Shown piece by piece: positions 60,841-64,000 of a stretch of DNA of 64,000 nt (positions within the stretch are counted from its first letter, which is position 1; every line of letters starts with the position of its first letter). The notes under the pieces were generated by a model. It was not told where the DNA came from. It worked only from the letters and a program-made list of their open reading frames with translations, and searched no databases. A program made the translations under genes and the position numbers. The stretch is taken from NCBI GenBank assembly GCA_965222375.1, contig CBDCTZ010000005.1:288001-352000 (forward strand). Reading direction: 5' to 3'. Origin of the DNA: Polyangiaceae bacterium (GTDB taxonomy: Bacteria > Myxococcota_A > Polyangia > Polyangiales > Polyangiaceae).

Positions 60841-61482
60841 CTAGTCGAGAACCTCGCCGGCCTTCTTGATGCCGAACTTCGCGCGCTCGATGCAGCCGTC
60901 AACTTCGCCTTCGACGTCGTCGGTTATGGCGCTCCAGGCGCGGGCCACGTTGCGCTCCATCATCGCGAAATGGCCGATCATCTCGGCAAATTTCCCGAGG
61001 CCGAGTTCGTCGATCAGCTCGCTGCGCTGCTCGAGGAAGTCGGCGACGTCGTTTTCGATGATGTCGTCCAAGGTCGCGAACACCTTGTCCGAATCACTCT
61101 GACTGGAACTGATCTCTTCGAGCTTGGAGTGGATTGTCTTGATCAAGACCCGAGCCGACCGATGTTTCAGCGACGCTATCTTCGGGCGCGAGCCTTCGCC
61201 CTCCAGAGCGTGATCCACGGCGCCCTCCGGCGCGCCACCCACGTGCTCTCCGCCGCGGACATCGCCGCCTTTTCTACGGCGACGGGCAATCACTCCTCCG
61301 GCGACCATGAACGCCACGCCCACGCCGAAGGGAACGCCTGCAACGCTCGCCCACGCATTGACGCGATCCTTCGGGGTCACTTTGCCTTCGGGTCCAGTTC
61401 CTTCGGGCGAAACTGCCCGAGCGGCGAAACATGAACTGGCGATCACGCCAGCAACGAAGAGCGAGTATCCGACCAGCTTCAT
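60841..61482 (-). CDS. Hypothetical membrane protein
   Basis: Two N-terminal TM segments and a helical C-domain; TGATG coupling with the OPT gene. Confidence 0.7.
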   Translation of the reverse strand: MKLVGYSLFVAGVIASSCFAARAVSPEGTGPEGKVTPKDRVNAWASVAGVPFGVGVAFMVAGGVIARRRRKGGDVRGGEHVGGAPEGAVDHALEGEGSRPKIASLKHRSARVLIKTIHSKLEEISSSQSDSDKVFATLDDIIENDVADFLEQRSELIDELGLGKFAEMIGHFAMMERNVARAWSAITDDVEGEVDGCIERAKFGIKKAGEVLD

Positions 61483-63314
61483 CAGGCCCCTCCCCCACCG
61501 GCGAGTTCGATCAAGGTCATGGTCAGCGCCGTCAGCGCCTCACCCACGATGAAGCCCGCGGCCAAGGGCACGATGACATCGCTGATGAAGCGATGGCCCT
61601 TGGACTTTTCCAAGGTCATGGTGATGACGCAGCCGATGCCGTAGCCAAACGTGATTTCGAAGGGCAGGTACATCGCGAGACCGATGAGGACTCCCAGGCC
61701 GCCGATGGGAAACAGAGCCAGCCCACCGCCGATGAACGCTCCCGCGACGTATTTGTCCACCGGAGCATCGCCGGAAAGCACGCCGGTGATCATGCCTTGA
61801 AGCACGCTGGCCTGGGGCGCTGGCAAGCAGCCCGGCAACTTGTCCAGACAGGCTTGGCTTTCGGGACCAAAGCCGTTGAGACCGCTCGGCCCACCTCTCC
61901 ACAGAATGATCGTCGTGCCGATGGCGATGGCGGGACCGATCCAAGCCACGGCGAACTGGACCAACTGTTGGCGCCTAGGGACGCCACCAATCAGGTGACC
62001 TGTCTTCAGGTCTTGCATCATATCCGCACACTGATTGGTCGCCACGCAGACCCCGACGCCAATCGTGACCGCGACGACCACGTTGCCGCTCGTGATCGCG
62101 AGCATCAGAGTGACCGCGATCAGCGCCAGCCCCGACAGCGGTGATATGTCCGTAGCACCTGTTGCCTGCGCGACGATGAGTCCGGCCAGCGCGATCCAGA
62201 CCGCGCCTGCAACTGCAGCGACGATGGCGGCGCCGATGTGTAGCTGGCCGTCGCTCTGGATGCTCGCGATGATGGTCACCGCCATCAGCGCGAGCACGCT
62301 GGCGATGAGTCCGCCAACCAAAACCCGGGGCGACAGCTCTTCGGCTTGTTGCCCGCCCTCTTTGGCTAGTCTGGCTGCGGCGGAGAGGGAGGCGATCGCG
62401 CCTTTGATGGCGGGAAATGCGGCCACCACCCCGGCCAGGGCGCCTCCGATCAGGATCCCGATCCCCGTCGGGCGCAACATGGTGCCGTAGACGGCTCCAA
62501 CCAGGTCGTCGCCCTTCACTGCAGGGGCCCAACCCTGAGACACCACGAAAGGCCCGACGATCCACCAGGCCAGGACTCCGCCCAGGGCGAAGCCGAGGCC
62601 ACCTCGGCCGGACAACATGCCCGCGCCGAAGTTCGCCATGCTGATCGCGAGGGTCGTTCCCATCATCGCGAAAGCCAGCCCACCCACGTCGCCGATACCG
62701 AGCAGCCCCTTGAGCCACGGACCGACGGGCACGGCTTCGGGGATGACTTGGAATTTGTGGTGCGTGGCCAGCGTCACGGCGGTAGCTATGGCGAAGCCGA
62801 TCCCCAAGAACTTCGCCTTGCGCATCCCCGCGCCCGGCGTTTTCAGAATCGTCGCGACGGCCACGCCGCTGGGGAACTTCAGGCGCTCGATTTCGATCAA
62901 CTGCTTGCGCAGCGGGATGATCACCACGATGCCCATGAAGGAGCCAGCAATCGCAGCGAGCAGCACCGTATAGAAGCTGTAGTCCAGCCCGAGCAGCAGC
63001 AAAGCGGGAAAGGTGAACACCACGCCCGCGCTCGCGGTGTTGATGCCACTGGCGACGGTTTGGTTGATGTTGTTTTCGACGATCGAGCCGCAGCCCGTGA
63101 CTTTCAGTGCTTTGCGACCGACACCGCGCAGCAGGGCGAACCCCAAGATGGCCGCCACGCTCGACCCCGGCAGGCCAAAGCCGAGTTTCAGGCCGATGTA
63201 GACGAAGCTACTCGTCATCAGCATGCCCTGAATGATGCCGAGCACGATCGCGCCAACCGTGATCTCGCGATATGCGGGGGCGGCGGGGGCCTTGCCCAGG
63301 GCTGCTGCGGTCAT
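61482..63314 (-). CDS. OPT/YSL family oligopeptide transporter
   Basis: REIT, YIGLKLG, ENNINQTVAS, LKFPSGVA.A, DMMQDLKTGHLIG..PRRQQ, LPAPQA, AAGFIVGE. Confidence 0.93.
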   Translation of the reverse strand: MTAAALGKAPAAPAYREITVGAIVLGIIQGMLMTSSFVYIGLKLGFGLPGSSVAAILGFALLRGVGRKALKVTGCGSIVENNINQTVASGINTASAGVVFTFPALLLLGLDYSFYTVLLAAIAGSFMGIVVIIPLRKQLIEIERLKFPSGVAVATILKTPGAGMRKAKFLGIGFAIATAVTLATHHKFQVIPEAVPVGPWLKGLLGIGDVGGLAFAMMGTTLAISMANFGAGMLSGRGGLGFALGGVLAWWIVGPFVVSQGWAPAVKGDDLVGAVYGTMLRPTGIGILIGGALAGVVAAFPAIKGAIASLSAAARLAKEGGQQAEELSPRVLVGGLIASVLALMAVTIIASIQSDGQLHIGAAIVAAVAGAVWIALAGLIVAQATGATDISPLSGLALIAVTLMLAITSGNVVVAVTIGVGVCVATNQCADMMQDLKTGHLIGGVPRRQQLVQFAVAWIGPAIAIGTTIILWRGGPSGLNGFGPESQACLDKLPGCLPAPQASVLQGMITGVLSGDAPVDKYVAGAFIGGGLALFPIGGLGVLIGLAMYLPFEITFGYGIGCVITMTLEKSKGHRFISDVIVPLAAGFIVGEALTALTMTLIELAGGGGA

Positions 63315-63381
63315 GAGCCGAGGCGTTTATCGTCGGCGCGGCCCGAGAGCAACCGAAAGCCCAATGCAGCGGCTGTCGACG

Positions 63382-63858
63382 CTATTTCGAGGCTGCTGCT
63401 TGGCGAACATAGTCCGCCAAGGCCTCGCCCTCGAGGAGCCGCGAAAGCCGGTGTTCATCCTGGACCTCGACGAGCGTGGCGGACGCCTTGCCCGCCACGA
63501 GCTGGCGGCTTTCTTGGATGGGAACCACTTCATCCTGTGCGCCATGTACGACGAGGACCCGCGCCTCCTGCGGCAGCTCCACGCAGCCCCCGAGGAACTT
63601 GGACGCAGGCGCCAAGAGCAGCGTTGGCCCGCGCCAGTGCCTGTCGACTATCAGACTCAACGCCACGGCGCCGCCGAAAGACGAGCCCACGACGACGTCT
63701 GGGACACGCGACTGCAGGCACTGTCGGGCCAAAGTCACACAGGCTCCGAAATCACCGGTGGGCAGCGCGGGCGCGTCTAGCTCGAAGCTCCTGCGCAATG
63801 CCTGGGCCTTGGCACCATGGGGGCTGCCCTCCAAACCATGGAGTAGGAGCACACGCAT
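63382..63858 (-). CDS. Alpha/beta hydrolase (YqiA-like)
   Basis: LHGLEGSP, VGSSFGG, LLLAPA, VHGAQDEVVP, DEHRL. Confidence 0.88.
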   Translation of the reverse strand: MRVLLLHGLEGSPHGAKAQALRRSFELDAPALPTGDFGACVTLARQCLQSRVPDVVVGSSFGGAVALSLIVDRHWRGPTLLLAPASKFLGGCVELPQEARVLVVHGAQDEVVPIQESRQLVAGKASATLVEVQDEHRLSRLLEGEALADYVRQAAASK

Positions 63859-63864
63859 GGTCGA

Positions 63865-64000
63865 CTACGGAGCGCGCTCTTCGAATGTAGCCGCGCCGGC
63901 CACGAACCGCAGCGGAACGATGCCGGTCGGGCCCACGGCGTTCTTGGTGATCGCCAGATCCACCGGCCGCGCTCCCAGGGATAGGGCTCGCTCACTGACG
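63865..64000 (-). CDS. 3' end of a DnaB-like helicase C-terminal domain protein (partial)
   Basis: Manual translation: ...VDLAITKNAVGPTGIVPLRFVAGAATFEERAP*, resembling the DnaB C-terminal xELIIAKxRxGPTGxVxLxF...F. Confidence 0.5.
   Translation of the reverse strand, partial: VSERALSLGARPVDLAITKNAVGPTGIVPLRFVAGAATFEERAP

Noticed and set aside
60011..60844. 277-aa plus-strand ORF
   Set aside because: Antisense to the group II intron RNA; no independent coding signal

Overview
This is a GC-rich, gene-dense chromosomal window. Three MYXO-CTERM proteins, many Gly-rich lipoproteins, a DUF1592/DUF1552 pair and an AgmC-like adhesin point to a myxobacterium, most likely Polyangiales (inference). Housekeeping content: tig-clpP-clpX-lon, parAB, glnD, lpxB, bioB, a PilT/PilU paralogue, dinB, TatD and tRNA-Phe(GAA). 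Accessory content: an S9 peptidase, a matrixin, a CehA/McbA hydrolase, an XPB-like helicase plus DUF790 (Bax1-like) nuclease plus polybasic outer-membrane protein operon, an OmpA/TSP3 gene paired with a 1603-aa adhesin, a lipoprotein with a C-terminal Hint domain, a cyclase-NTPase-TPR protein and an OPT transporter. Non-coding highlights: (1) a 5'-intact, 3'-truncated group II intron whose putative EBS1 matches its flank; (2) that flank is a TTGG(G)TT(T)GGGGTCG-type motif that also forms both terminal inverted repeats of a 223-bp structured intergenic element and recurs downstream of other stop codons; (3) a sigma-54/IHF/enhancer-like promoter module; (4) a 43-bp perfect tandem duplication; (5) a structured region upstream of a small acidic gene. 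One molybdopterin oxidoreductase is frameshifted. All family calls come from motif recognition by eye, not database searches. Several start codons were moved downstream of the ORF-track starts.
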